Source: a virus | DNA: 64,000 nt | Strand: one strand, 5' to 3' | Virus record (IMG/VR): IMGVR_UViG_3300035698_024626 | Span: 12,818 to 76,817 of that record | Part shown: positions 41,614 to 51,634 of the stretch, piece by piece | Numbering within the stretch: position 1 is the stretch's first letter | How the letters are laid out: every line of letters starts with the position of its first letter | Notes under the pieces: model-generated | What the model was told of the DNA's origin: nothing | The model's input: the letters and a program-made list of their open reading frames with translations, nothing else | Database searches by the model: none | Position numbers and translations under genes: made by a program

Positions 41614-42804
41614 ATGAACGAAAAACTAATACAACGTGCTGCGATTAAATACCAGCAGTGGATGGTTGCCGAATCGCATCGCCCATGCTGTATTTCCAAA
41701 AACACAATCGACAACCATCTCGCAACGGTCTCACTCCAAGTGAGCCAAATGCAAACATGGAGCGAACGGTTTTTTCGCGGTCAATACCCCCGTGTCACTC
41801 ACGGTCTCCTCGGCCCAGAAGTATACAAAAACATTGCCACGAATATGATCCCCGCTTTGGGGATCGATGCGGTAAATGGCATCAACCTCGCAATTAAAAC
41901 CCTCAAGAAAATAATAAAAAACACAATCTCACCCATCACACTAAGAGGAGCAATCGAGGAAATCACGATCGTCACCAAAGCATGGCAAAGGGTTAAATTC
42001 AAAGACAACACGCTGGCAGTTCTCATTTCCGATGTCACCTTGTCTGACGAAAACCAAGAGGTAAACTTAGGAAGCTTTTGGATACATTTGAACCTTACTA
42101 ATCCCAACGAAGAGTTAAGAACCTACTCGGTCGATGAGGTTATGTCGGAAGATGGCAACTACTGCCACCCTCATATAACAAACGGTGAACTCTGCGAAGG
42201 TGATGGCAAGTATCTGATGCAAGAAGCTCTTAGTCAAGGCCGGTTGGAAGATTACTTTAGAATTGTCGAAGCTATCCTTAGAACGTACAACTATAAATCC
42301 CCCTACGCAAAACTCGAAGAATGGTATAATCCTTCACATGAAAGCGAATTCTACTGCGAACAATGCGACGAGTGGCGACTTGAAGAGGATGGGTGTTGGT
42401 GCGAAGGGTGTCAAACACAACACTGTGAGTCCTGCGCTGCCGGTGGTTGCTGTATCGACTGTGGCGAATGGAACTGCGACGAGTGTGGTAAGTATTGTAG
42501 CGACTGTGGAGAAAGAGTGTGTCATGATTGTGTAAGTGATTGCGAGGATTGTGGCAATCACCTTTGTTCATCATGTCTGGTTGGGTGCTCAAACTGTGCA
42601 AATTATTACTGTAAACATTGTATAGTGTCCTGTGATGATTGCGGTGACAACATATGCAAAGAATGTCGAATAGAATGCGACGAGTGTAGGAAAACTCTGT
42701 GCCCTGAGTGTGTACAAAAGTGTTGTGATGAATGTGGTCGAGAATTGTGCGATAATTGTATTAAGCAGGATTGTGGCTGTTTACTAACAAAAATGGACAA
42801 ATAA
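41614..42804 (+). CDS. Prokaryotic E2 (ubiquitin-conjugating-like) protein with C-terminal Cys-rich tandem repeats
   Basis: YCHPHITNGELCEG matches the E2 HPN-x-G-x-IC active site, followed by LRTYNYKSPY; then 39 Cys, mostly in ~15-residue CxxCx4CxxC repeats. Confidence 0.78.
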   Translation: MNEKLIQRAAIKYQQWMVAESHRPCCISKNTIDNHLATVSLQVSQMQTWSERFFRGQYPRVTHGLLGPEVYKNIATNMIPALGIDAVNGINLAIKTLKKIIKNTISPITLRGAIEEITIVTKAWQRVKFKDNTLAVLISDVTLSDENQEVNLGSFWIHLNLTNPNEELRTYSVDEVMSEDGNYCHPHITNGELCEGDGKYLMQEALSQGRLEDYFRIVEAILRTYNYKSPYAKLEEWYNPSHESEFYCEQCDEWRLEEDGCWCEGCQTQHCESCAAGGCCIDCGEWNCDECGKYCSDCGERVCHDCVSDCEDCGNHLCSSCLVGCSNCANYYCKHCIVSCDDCGDNICKECRIECDECRKTLCPECVQKCCDECGRELCDNCIKQDCGCLLTKMDK

Positions 42805-42809
42805 AATCA

Positions 42810-43562
42810 TCATAAGCGATAATCATGAATTTTTTGGACGAGAGCAAGAAATTCGTCGGGCGTTTGATCAGCCTTCATTTTATTCACATCCCTCGTTACC
42901 CATTCTAGATTGGTTATATTTGAGGCTAGATCAGGGAACTTAGCTCGTGGAAATTTATGATCTAATGAATCGTTCAACCCCAATATGAGATGCTCACCGG
43001 TATATGGACATTTCCAATCTTGTGATTCCAACAAGGCCAGTAATGTTTGCCAATAGCCAACCGTTTTCAAATGATAACGAGACTTATTCTTGATGTAACA
43101 GACCTGGCATAAAACAGCATAATGCATCCTGTAATTTTTCCCACAATAATGGCATAAACCGGCATCTGTCAATGATGCCCTACGTTGCTTTTCCCAATTC
43201 CTTATTCTCATCAAACAGGATTCACATGATTTTTTACCAGAAGTTTTTCCGCCACATTGACCACACAATCCTTGTCTAATCCAAGTATCTCGTCGTTGTT
43301 TACAATAAGCATTTTTCTGCTCTAAACAACTAGAACAGCGAGTACGCCCGTGCTCAACCTTCTGATTACATTGCACACACTGCCCTTGGATTTTCCTTTT
43401 TTCTATTGCAATAAGTAATTGATGACATCTTTTGTTAGCGCACTTGTCACAATACGCCCCGCCATCTGTTTTAACTCCACATGAGAGACACAAGTGCTTC
43501 TTACGTCTTGCCTGAGAGTATTCTTTTGAGTATTCACGAAATTTCTCTTTAGTCCACGCCAT
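42810..43562 (-). CDS. Zn-ribbon repeat + HNH endonuclease, antisense within the Ubl cluster
   Basis: Four CxxC...CxxC repeats, then CPYTG...SLDHKFP...NLEWV...VNKMK; own GTGTATAAT element. Confidence 0.75.
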   Translation of the reverse strand: MAWTKEKFREYSKEYSQARRKKHLCLSCGVKTDGGAYCDKCANKRCHQLLIAIEKRKIQGQCVQCNQKVEHGRTRCSSCLEQKNAYCKQRRDTWIRQGLCGQCGGKTSGKKSCESCLMRIRNWEKQRRASLTDAGLCHYCGKNYRMHYAVLCQVCYIKNKSRYHLKTVGYWQTLLALLESQDWKCPYTGEHLILGLNDSLDHKFPRAKFPDLASNITNLEWVTRDVNKMKADQTPDEFLALVQKIHDYRL

Positions 43563-43606
43563 CGCAAATATTATACACCAACTCAAACCCTTTTAAGGAG
43601 AAAAAG

Positions 43607-44533
43607 ATGGATATGACAAAAAAAACTTTAAAAATCACAAAGCCCAAAACATCTTATGCCGACACGCTAAGAATTTCACCATTCGCTTTTGCAAAGATAC
43701 GGTATTGGAGAGACTATGGGGACGTAGAGGTGGCGGCATATGCCACAACTGGAACAGATAATCCTCTGCTCATTACTGACTTTCGACTAATTAAGCAACA
43801 ATCCTCAATAGGAGACTTTGATCTCGATCCTAATGATTTAGCCAAAGATGTCGAACGCACACTAGATGATGGGCTATGCCCATGGCAGACCCACAACATC
43901 TTGGTGCACAGTCACCCAGGCAATTGCCCAAACCCATCTGGCACTGACGAACATAACTTTCAGAAAGCATTTTCCCATCCTGATTGGGCAATCATGTTGA
44001 TTATAGCCCAAGATGATTCTATGTATTGTCGTCTAAAACTCAACACCGGCCCAGGCGCAGAAAAACTACTGAAAGTCCAAATTGATTTTAGTCAAGAATT
44101 CCAAGCCTCCGACCATACGGCGTGGAAAACAGAGTACGAAAAGAAGGTTACAAAACAGCAATTCTTTATGATTGATGAAGAAGGCTTCTCAGCACAAGCA
44201 CGAATACCAACAAACAAGATACAAACCGCCTGGGAAAAATACCTTGAAGGGTCTAATGACAACCAAGACATGGAACTTGACTGCGACTGGGATGAAGACG
44301 GAGCCGTTTCCTGTTTCAACGATGAAGACGGTACGTGGTATGTGTATGATCCTGTTACTCGACAGTGGTATGTAGAAGACCTTTTCGGTAATGATGAACA
44401 CGTATCAGAAATCCAAGCTCCAAATGGACCATGGACAGCAAAAATCCTAGCGTGGGCAGAAAAACACGCTGATGAACGCAAATTGGCAATGGAACGAAAG
44501 GACGATTATAATCGCAGTGGTTGCAGACCATAG
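43607..44533 (+). CDS. JAB/MPN+ (JAMM) metallopeptidase, deubiquitinase-like
   Basis: VEVAA ... HSHPGNCPNPSGTD (E...HxH-x7-S-x2-D); acidic C-terminal extension. Confidence 0.85.
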   Translation: MDMTKKTLKITKPKTSYADTLRISPFAFAKIRYWRDYGDVEVAAYATTGTDNPLLITDFRLIKQQSSIGDFDLDPNDLAKDVERTLDDGLCPWQTHNILVHSHPGNCPNPSGTDEHNFQKAFSHPDWAIMLIIAQDDSMYCRLKLNTGPGAEKLLKVQIDFSQEFQASDHTAWKTEYEKKVTKQQFFMIDEEGFSAQARIPTNKIQTAWEKYLEGSNDNQDMELDCDWDEDGAVSCFNDEDGTWYVYDPVTRQWYVEDLFGNDEHVSEIQAPNGPWTAKILAWAEKHADERKLAMERKDDYNRSGCRP

Positions 44534-44552
44534 GACAATCAAGGATTAACCC

Positions 44553-44828
44553 ATGAACAAATCACAACGTTATGTTGGACTGACTTACCCTCGTCTTTTA
44601 GAGTGGAAAGTAATCCATAGTCTGTGGAAGAAATTCTTGTGTCCCAAACATATCCATCTGTTCGACGAAACCTTATCCTCTGAACACACCTTAAACTGTA
44701 GTGCTTGTGGATTAGTGGTCCACATTGCCCTTATTGAAACTGAAGAAGAAGCTTGTGCCAGAGCGAAGAAGGGATTATATATAGCAACTTGGGCAATAAA
44801 ACAAAGGGTAAGCCTGATGCTACGATAG
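44553..44828 (+). CDS. Hypothetical protein
   Basis: 91 aa; CPKH...CSAC. Confidence 0.55.
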   Translation: MNKSQRYVGLTYPRLLEWKVIHSLWKKFLCPKHIHLFDETLSSEHTLNCSACGLVVHIALIETEEEACARAKKGLYIATWAIKQRVSLMLR

Positions 44829-44884
44829 AAGTAGATATGTCTAGATTTATTTGACCTGACTAGGGAACGGTTAAGGAGAAAAAA

Positions 44885-45541
44885 ATGACCATAATCGCAG
44901 ACAGAAATATCCGCCAACGCGAACTTATCCCTCCAGACAAACTAGCACAAACAAGAATCACATTAATAGGTGTGGGCGCAATAGGCCGTCAAGCTGCGTT
45001 ACAATTAAGTGCTATCGGCGTGCCCAAACTTCAATTGATAGACTTTGATTTTGTTGCGCCTGAAAATCTCGCTGCTCAAGGCTTTTATGAGCAAGACCTA
45101 AACTCGCCAAAAGTCGAAGCCGTAGCTAATGTTTGCAGAGCAATCAACTCAGAAATCGAAGTAACCACTGCAAATAAACGATTCACGGGGTTGCAATTTA
45201 CTGGAGGTGTGATTTTTTGCTGTGTCGATAAAATCGAAACTCGCAGATCAATCTTCAATTCTGTAAAAAATCGTGCCAACTTGTGGATTGACTCCAGAAT
45301 GTCTGCTGAGTACCTGCGGATACTAACAATCTATGATAATCCCTCCCAGGAATACTATTTGACAACTCTATTCCCTGCCGCAGAAGCATACCAAGGAAGT
45401 TGCACAAACAAAAGTATCATTTATTGTGCCAATATCGCCGCAGGAATGATGGTAGCACAGTTCGCCAAATGGCTTCGTGGATGCGACCTCAACATGGACA
45501 TTGATCTTAATCTTCTCACCAATGAAATGGGAGTAAAATAA
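44885..45541 (+). CDS. ThiF/MoeB family E1-like adenylyltransferase
   Basis: RQ...LIGVGAIG...IDFDFVAPENL..Q...KV...CVD...R...DSRM; candidate catalytic Cys in QGSCT. Confidence 0.9.
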   Translation: MTIIADRNIRQRELIPPDKLAQTRITLIGVGAIGRQAALQLSAIGVPKLQLIDFDFVAPENLAAQGFYEQDLNSPKVEAVANVCRAINSEIEVTTANKRFTGLQFTGGVIFCCVDKIETRRSIFNSVKNRANLWIDSRMSAEYLRILTIYDNPSQEYYLTTLFPAAEAYQGSCTNKSIIYCANIAAGMMVAQFAKWLRGCDLNMDIDLNLLTNEMGVK

Positions 45542-45979
45542 ATGCTTACCTGTCCACTGTGCAACGGAGATGCAGAAGAATCTGGTACGCCAGATAAAAT
45601 AACGTGCCTTTTCTGTGGTTATGAAGGCCTAGATGGGGGTAAAATATTCAAGACGGTTCGCATCTTAATGAAATCACGAGGAAAAGCAATCAATATCAAC
45701 GTAATAGCATTAACCTTCGAAGAAGCATTTGGTTTCGTAGAAAAACACAATCTACGGGTAGACCCACTAATTGTGAAATGCGACGACCCCCCAGGATACC
45801 GAAAAAAACACTGGCATGTGGGACAAACCGTACTCTCAAGCAACGGGTGGACTAATATTTCCAATTGGCTTGTCAAAGGGAAAACAGCACTAGAAGCCAT
45901 CTCTATCACAAAATCATTCATAGAAACAGGGGAAAACCATAAACTATACAACGAAGGTGTTCTCAACAAATCGGAGTGA
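45542..45979 (+). CDS. Zn-ribbon hypothetical protein
   Basis: CPLC...CLFC N-terminus. Confidence 0.55.
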   Translation: MLTCPLCNGDAEESGTPDKITCLFCGYEGLDGGKIFKTVRILMKSRGKAININVIALTFEEAFGFVEKHNLRVDPLIVKCDDPPGYRKKHWHVGQTVLSSNGWTNISNWLVKGKTALEAISITKSFIETGENHKLYNEGVLNKSE

Positions 45980-46842
45980 AAGATGTAGCAGTCTTGTGCC
46001 AGACATTAAACGAGGTTAATATTACGATGCGAAGCATGTCAGGACAGGAAACGCTAGGAATTGATGATTGGTATAATGTATGGAACGACACCAATGATTA
46101 TAACGATTCGTGCGTTATTCGAGTAACAAATAAATGTAACGAGCAATGTCAACATTGCTGCTTTAGGTCAGGCCCCCTATGGAAAAAATATATATCAACT
46201 GAAAAAGCCATTAAGATAAATCAATGGTTGCCTAAAAAAATCACAATGTATATTATGGGGGGCGAATTTACCGTCTTAAAAAATTATCCCGAAATTATAT
46301 TAGCTTTAACGAAAAATAGAAAAAAAGTTCGTCTAGCTACTAACGGCCAATGGGCAACAACAAAAAAGAAATTACAAAAATTTGTCACAACTGTCAAACA
46401 AATCAAGAAGAATTGTAATGACTTAGATATATCCATTTCCGATGATCAATGGCATATCTCAAAAGGGGCAGTTAGTAAATATAAATTTATCAAATATAAC
46501 ACTGGCATCCCCGTTGCATTAAATCAAAACTGTAATCCAGCACCCATAGGAAGAGCGTGGGATAACAAATTAGTGTGTTTCCCAGAAATGTATGCATTAT
46601 GTAAAACAAAAAAGTATTTAATTATAACAGAAGATAGTATGATCCATAGATGCTCATCCGGGTATTTCCCTTGGAAATCTTTCGAAGAAACCACTTGGGA
46701 TGATGCCAGAGATTATATCTGGAGATGGAGATCAGAAAAACTTTCAGAAGGCATGAATTGCCATATTTGCATGGAAATAGTAGCAGCAGCTCGACATAGA
46801 ATCGTTGGAAGTGAAGCACCACCAAACACAAAAGAGGAATAA
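45976..46842 (+). CDS. Radical SAM protein
   Basis: CNEQCQHC, MGGE, ATNG; C-terminal Cys cluster. Confidence 0.88.
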   Translation: MKDVAVLCQTLNEVNITMRSMSGQETLGIDDWYNVWNDTNDYNDSCVIRVTNKCNEQCQHCCFRSGPLWKKYISTEKAIKINQWLPKKITMYIMGGEFTVLKNYPEIILALTKNRKKVRLATNGQWATTKKKLQKFVTTVKQIKKNCNDLDISISDDQWHISKGAVSKYKFIKYNTGIPVALNQNCNPAPIGRAWDNKLVCFPEMYALCKTKKYLIITEDSMIHRCSSGYFPWKSFEETTWDDARDYIWRWRSEKLSEGMNCHICMEIVAAARHRIVGSEAPPNTKEE

Positions 46843-47427
46843 ATGCCTAAAAAAATCCACAGAATTGTAGTCATCGATCTAGAATGTACATGCTGGGACG
46901 ATCCAGGAGATCAGAAACCAGAAATTATAGAAATAGGCGCATGCCTGTACAACAATCGAACGAGGGAAATTACTAACTCAATCAACCTAGTGGTCCGTCC
47001 CCATCACTTGGATATCAGCGACTATTGCACAAACCTTACGGGCCTGACAGAAAAAGCGGTGATACAGGGCATATGGCTCCACGAAGCTCTAGGGACACTA
47101 AAGAAAGACCTGCCTTTGCGGTCCTGCGCTTGGGCTAGTTGGGGAGATTTTGATCGTGTTCATTTAGCGAAAGAGTGTGCGGGAAAATCCATTGAATATC
47201 CCTTTAGTCAGACGCATATCAATATCAAATCCCTCTTCGGCCTGATGATGCACGATAAGGTCGGGGTAGGCTTAGGCAAGGCAATAGATCGTTTAGGGAT
47301 GACTTTTGAAGGTAAACCCCACCGAGCAGTAGATGATGCTTACAATGCAGCTAAAGTTTTGCAGAAACTTTCAGAGTTTGAGTTACCAACGGGTATTGTT
47401 GATTGTATTTTGGAGCCAACACCATGA
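46843..47427 (+). CDS. DEDDh 3'-5' exonuclease (ERI-1/KapD-like)
   Basis: IDLECTCW, EIIEIG, WGDFD, HRAVDDAYN. Confidence 0.9.
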   Translation: MPKKIHRIVVIDLECTCWDDPGDQKPEIIEIGACLYNNRTREITNSINLVVRPHHLDISDYCTNLTGLTEKAVIQGIWLHEALGTLKKDLPLRSCAWASWGDFDRVHLAKECAGKSIEYPFSQTHINIKSLFGLMMHDKVGVGLGKAIDRLGMTFEGKPHRAVDDAYNAAKVLQKLSEFELPTGIVDCILEPTP

Positions 47428-48189
47428 CGAGTCAAGACAAACTACTATGTTATGAGGTGTAAAACAATGACATGGAATGAATTAAAACCCTTGATAGAAC
47501 GCATGTCTCCTGAGCAACAACAAACAGATGTGACAATATATGTGTCTGCCATAGACGAAACATATGTGGCAACAACTCTAGCAGAAGTGCCTTATGGGCC
47601 TATTAAAAATAGTCTGTGTGGCGGCGTACTTGATGATGGCCACCCATTTCTTGTCACAGTTTAGGAGTAATAACAATGTCCAAAGGAAAACCTGACCCTC
47701 AATGCCAGGACTGTAAAGGGACAGGGCAAATCACGCTCTTTACCTCAATAAGCATATGTGATTGCGTTAATCGTAAGTCGGTAATCACAGATTTGAAGGA
47801 AGACTATCCCCACCCCTCAAAATACATCAAGAGCGAAGATTTCAAAATTAAGACGATTTACCCGTCGGACATTCCCTTTTAAAAAGAGAAAATAATGAAC
47901 AACGAAACGGAAAAGAATCGCACTTACGATCATCTCACCACTGAGCAGCTTATCATACTCGATGAACTATTGTTCGAGGTCATGTTTGAAGATATGCAGA
48001 GAGACCCGTACTATCTGGAGGACTGTTTACTTGATTACATTGAGAGGATGGACGTTGCAACTAAGCTTGCTGCACTATCTAGTGATGAAGAATCTCGCCG
48101 GGAGTTGTTGGGATTTGATCCAGAGGACTGCAACAACGATTAGTATCTTAGACTAGTTTAGTGTGTAAGATTTTAGGAGTGATAAACCA

Positions 48190-48456
48190 ATGAAGTGGAT
48201 AAATGTAAACGACAGAATCCCGCCCATATTCGACAAATTTCTTGGAGACAGCGAAAAAGTGCTATGTCAAGATAGCAAAGGACAGACCTTTATAGGTTAT
48301 GTTAGACACGAAACAGACGTGGCATTCGACCGCCTTCCCAGTTGGATTCAAGACGGAGGAGATATGTATGATCTACAGGACATCATTAGATGGATTCCTC
48401 TGAAGTATGTGGTTGAATCAATCTCACCAAATCAACAGGAGCTTATCGATGAATGA
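48190..48456 (+). CDS. DUF551-like phage protein
   Basis: MKWINVNDRIP ... IIRWIPL. Confidence 0.7.
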   Translation: MKWINVNDRIPPIFDKFLGDSEKVLCQDSKGQTFIGYVRHETDVAFDRLPSWIQDGGDMYDLQDIIRWIPLKYVVESISPNQQELIDE

Positions 48457-49122
48457 CGAAACAAGTAAACGAAACGTTAAGGCGCTGGTTAGTGAATATC
48501 ATCAGTTAAGTGGGGCCTGTAGCAGAGCGCAAGCTAAAATTATTCAAGTTACCAACCGTCGCGAACGAATTTTGGAGGAAATTGCCAAGAAAATCACTAC
48601 GCCATCGCCCGTTGTTATCCGTATCGGCAGTCAATCATTCGTGGTAGAATCTGGCACGGGGAAAATAGCGGCCATTCGTCTCGCAGTAACAATTACTTGA
48701 CACGAATTCCAATTAGAAAATAGGTTTGTGAAAACAAATTCCCAAGTTCAACGTATAACCTCTATGTCTTAAGTTAATTGAAGCTGGTTCGTTGTTGAAT
48801 CAGTATGAATTGTAATCGCTACCGAAAGGAATAAACCATGTCCGATGAAGCACCAACAGTCCAAAAGGATTCGGCATTCGAAATTATTGAACTAAACACC
48901 AAAACCGGAGAAACCATTGTCATTATTCAAAAGGGCATTATAGGTGCTTTGGCGAATCAGTTGAAAAACACTAGTGACAAGCGCAAGGCCAGTTCAATTT
49001 TAAGAAAACTTGGATATACCCTTAGCGATTGTGGAGACATACATTATGAGACCAAGCAAGTAAGCGATACTGATATCAACCCAAGTATTGTAACAGACCG
49101 AATGGAGGAGTGATAAGTTAGG

Positions 49123-50043
49123 ATGCTATCCCTGTACGACCAACGATTTGGGAAACTAGTAGCCATAGAACCACGTGGAAGCAATAAAAATAAACAAATT
49201 CTATGGCTATGTTTGTGCGATTGTGGGAATGAAGTAATTGTAGAAGGTAGAGCCCTTAAAGCCGGGCAAACAAAGAGTTGCGGATGTTTAGCCCTAGAAC
49301 AAGCAAAAAAGATGGGACTCAACAATAAAACCCACGGCCATAGTAAAAATGGAAAAAAGTCTAAAGTTTATATGGCGTGGGAAGCAATGATTCAAAGATG
49401 CACCAACCATAAACACAAATATTATAATATCTACGGAGGTCGTGGAATCACTGTTTGCGATCGTTGGTTGAAATTTGAAAACTTTCTTGAAGATATGGGA
49501 GAGTGTCCACCGGGTCTTACATTAGAACGTAGGAATAATAATAAAGGATACTCTCCCTCGAATTGTTATTGGGCAACATGGAAACAACAACAAAGAAACA
49601 GACGAAACAATAGACCAATAACACACAATGGGAAAACACAACTCTTGATAGAATGGGCAGAAGAAACAGGTATCGATAGAAAGACTATTACTGCGAGACT
49701 TAAGAGGGGTTGGTCAACAGAAAGAGCCCTTAAAACTCCGGTCAGAAAATGTAAAAGGAGAAATCAGATGGATGAGCTAGCAATGAAAACAATTGCGACG
49801 AATGTCGCCGAAGTATTCGAATCCCTGACTGACGTAAACGCAGAGGACTTCAAAGAGGTAAAACGATTATCGCAAAAAACCGTTGGTTTGCGCGAAACTG
49901 GAGCATTTAATGTTGGCGTAAGAATGCTGCGACGGAAGGACATCCGTGAACAACATGCCAAGCTGATGGCCGCGATCGCTGCGGAAAAGTGGGGCGAGGG
50001 GTTCCTGATGGCGCTGCAACTCATGGCAGCTTTTGGAGTGTAG
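49123..50043 (+). CDS. HNH-type homing endonuclease fused in frame to a downstream ~91 aa gene (internal start 49768)
   Basis: QRFGKL..WLCLCDCG..KSCGC..MIQRC..YGGRGITVCDRW..TLER..N; internal AAGGAG-ATG at MDELAMK. Confidence 0.8.
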   Translation: MLSLYDQRFGKLVAIEPRGSNKNKQILWLCLCDCGNEVIVEGRALKAGQTKSCGCLALEQAKKMGLNNKTHGHSKNGKKSKVYMAWEAMIQRCTNHKHKYYNIYGGRGITVCDRWLKFENFLEDMGECPPGLTLERRNNNKGYSPSNCYWATWKQQQRNRRNNRPITHNGKTQLLIEWAEETGIDRKTITARLKRGWSTERALKTPVRKCKRRNQMDELAMKTIATNVAEVFESLTDVNAEDFKEVKRLSQKTVGLRETGAFNVGVRMLRRKDIREQHAKLMAAIAAEKWGEGFLMALQLMAAFGV

Positions 50044-50053
50044 AGGTGAAAAA

Positions 50054-50590
50054 ATGTTGAAGAAAACTGTTCCGATAACGATGGTCTGTGTATTATTGCT
50101 GAGTGGTTGTACCTCTATGCGGCTGGCTCAAGAATCTCTGGCGATTGGTCAAGACTCAAACTTAGAAATTCGCAATGCCTTTTTGGCTAAATCGTGGGGA
50201 CTCAACAGGGCCTTGGTTACCGAATCGCGACGGGGATATGTGGCCGAAGCAAAGCTAGTCCTCCTGTCTATTGGTTCTAATGGGACAGTAGATATTCAAA
50301 CGGCAATGCAAAGCCTAGACAATCTCGCCAATGAACTCGCTACAGATGAAATTACTACTTCGGAAAATTTCGCATATTTGGCCCTCCTTAGCATCATGGG
50401 TGAACGGGCCGATTCGTATCTCGATCAGACATACGGATTCATTGAAGCTCAAAAACCAATCTGGATGAGAAGTGCTTTACTACGATCAGCGATTATGGAA
50501 ACAACTACAGAAATCGAAATGTGGACGATGCTGCTGGGCGACGTACTGCCCAAGTTCAAAGGTCTTATCGACAAAATACCGACAAGATAA
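50054..50590 (+). CDS. Lipoprotein
   Basis: MLKKTVPITMVCVLLLSGC lipobox; RBS GAGGT. Confidence 0.72.
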   Translation: MLKKTVPITMVCVLLLSGCTSMRLAQESLAIGQDSNLEIRNAFLAKSWGLNRALVTESRRGYVAEAKLVLLSIGSNGTVDIQTAMQSLDNLANELATDEITTSENFAYLALLSIMGERADSYLDQTYGFIEAQKPIWMRSALLRSAIMETTTEIEMWTMLLGDVLPKFKGLIDKIPTR

Positions 50591-50887
50591 AAATACCAAC
50601 AACAAAAAAGGAGACTTAGTATGGGCGTTGATCCACCTCAATATCCAACATCTCCCAAACCTGAACCTTATCCATTATTGGACACCAAGAAAAAACGACC
50701 TACCGCAACAGTCACAATCTTCGGAGCCGCTCACGTTCCGGCATTTCACTGGGAGGCGTTAGTATTTGGCATAAGATGTATCAATGATACCACATATACG
50801 ACTGTCAGGTCTGCTAAAAGAGCAGCAAAACAATGGTGTAATCGCGTCGGTCTATCTATTATATTGCCATACTGAACAGGAGAAGCC

Positions 50888-51634
50888 ATGATAACACACA
50901 CAGAAGCATCGGCTAAATTCAAGAGATGCCGAAATGAAAAGCGGGGCTACAAACTAGCAAACAATACCTATCTTAAAAAACGTGGAAATGCTTTCGCTGT
51001 TCTACTCTACGAGACAAATATTGTAACGATTCGTCCCAACGGGACATACCGGCTAGATACAGATGGACATCGCACAGTCACAACCCAAAAACGAATGAAC
51101 ATGATACTACCCTGTACTGTTTCACAAACGAAAGGCATTTGGCACATCGGAGACAATCTCTACACAGATAATATGCTTATTAAGCCAGACGGAAAAGTTG
51201 TGGAGGGCAAACCTGTTGGGGATATACTAAAGATTAAAGCTGAGGTTGATCGTCGGGTCAACAAATTTATTAAGCTTCTGGTACAATGGTGTTCTGGGTG
51301 TGATTTGGGAAATTGGGAGAGTTATGTGAGAAAATATGCCCTTCCTTGTCCTGCTAACAAAATCCACCTAAGCAAATTGTGGCAAACAATCGTGGAGGAA
51401 ACCAACTATCAAACGCATTATGGGTTGAACAGTCCCACTCATCTGTTCAAATGGGTCTATTTGGCTATACTGGCTCGTGGCTACAAAGACCCCTCAATCG
51501 TCTGGCGGATTACGAGGCATGAATGTATGGAAGGGTGCAAAACAGCCCTCGGCTTATCCGACCTGCGACCGTTCATGCGCCCCAGTAAACCATTAATCGC
51601 AGAAATGATCGCTAACGGAGGACTCAGTAGATGA
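50888..51634 (+). CDS. Conserved phage hypothetical protein
   Basis: KLANNTYL...LYETNIVT...GHRTVTTQKRMN. Confidence 0.65.
   Translation: MITHTEASAKFKRCRNEKRGYKLANNTYLKKRGNAFAVLLYETNIVTIRPNGTYRLDTDGHRTVTTQKRMNMILPCTVSQTKGIWHIGDNLYTDNMLIKPDGKVVEGKPVGDILKIKAEVDRRVNKFIKLLVQWCSGCDLGNWESYVRKYALPCPANKIHLSKLWQTIVEETNYQTHYGLNSPTHLFKWVYLAILARGYKDPSIVWRITRHECMEGCKTALGLSDLRPFMRPSKPLIAEMIANGGLSR

Noticed and set aside
40640-45541. Thiamine or molybdopterin biosynthesis (ThiS/ThiF, MoaD/MoeB)
   Set aside because: No ThiG, MoaE or sulfurtransferase in the window; an E2-like protein with an active-site Cys points to conjugation, though sulfur transfer is not formally excluded.
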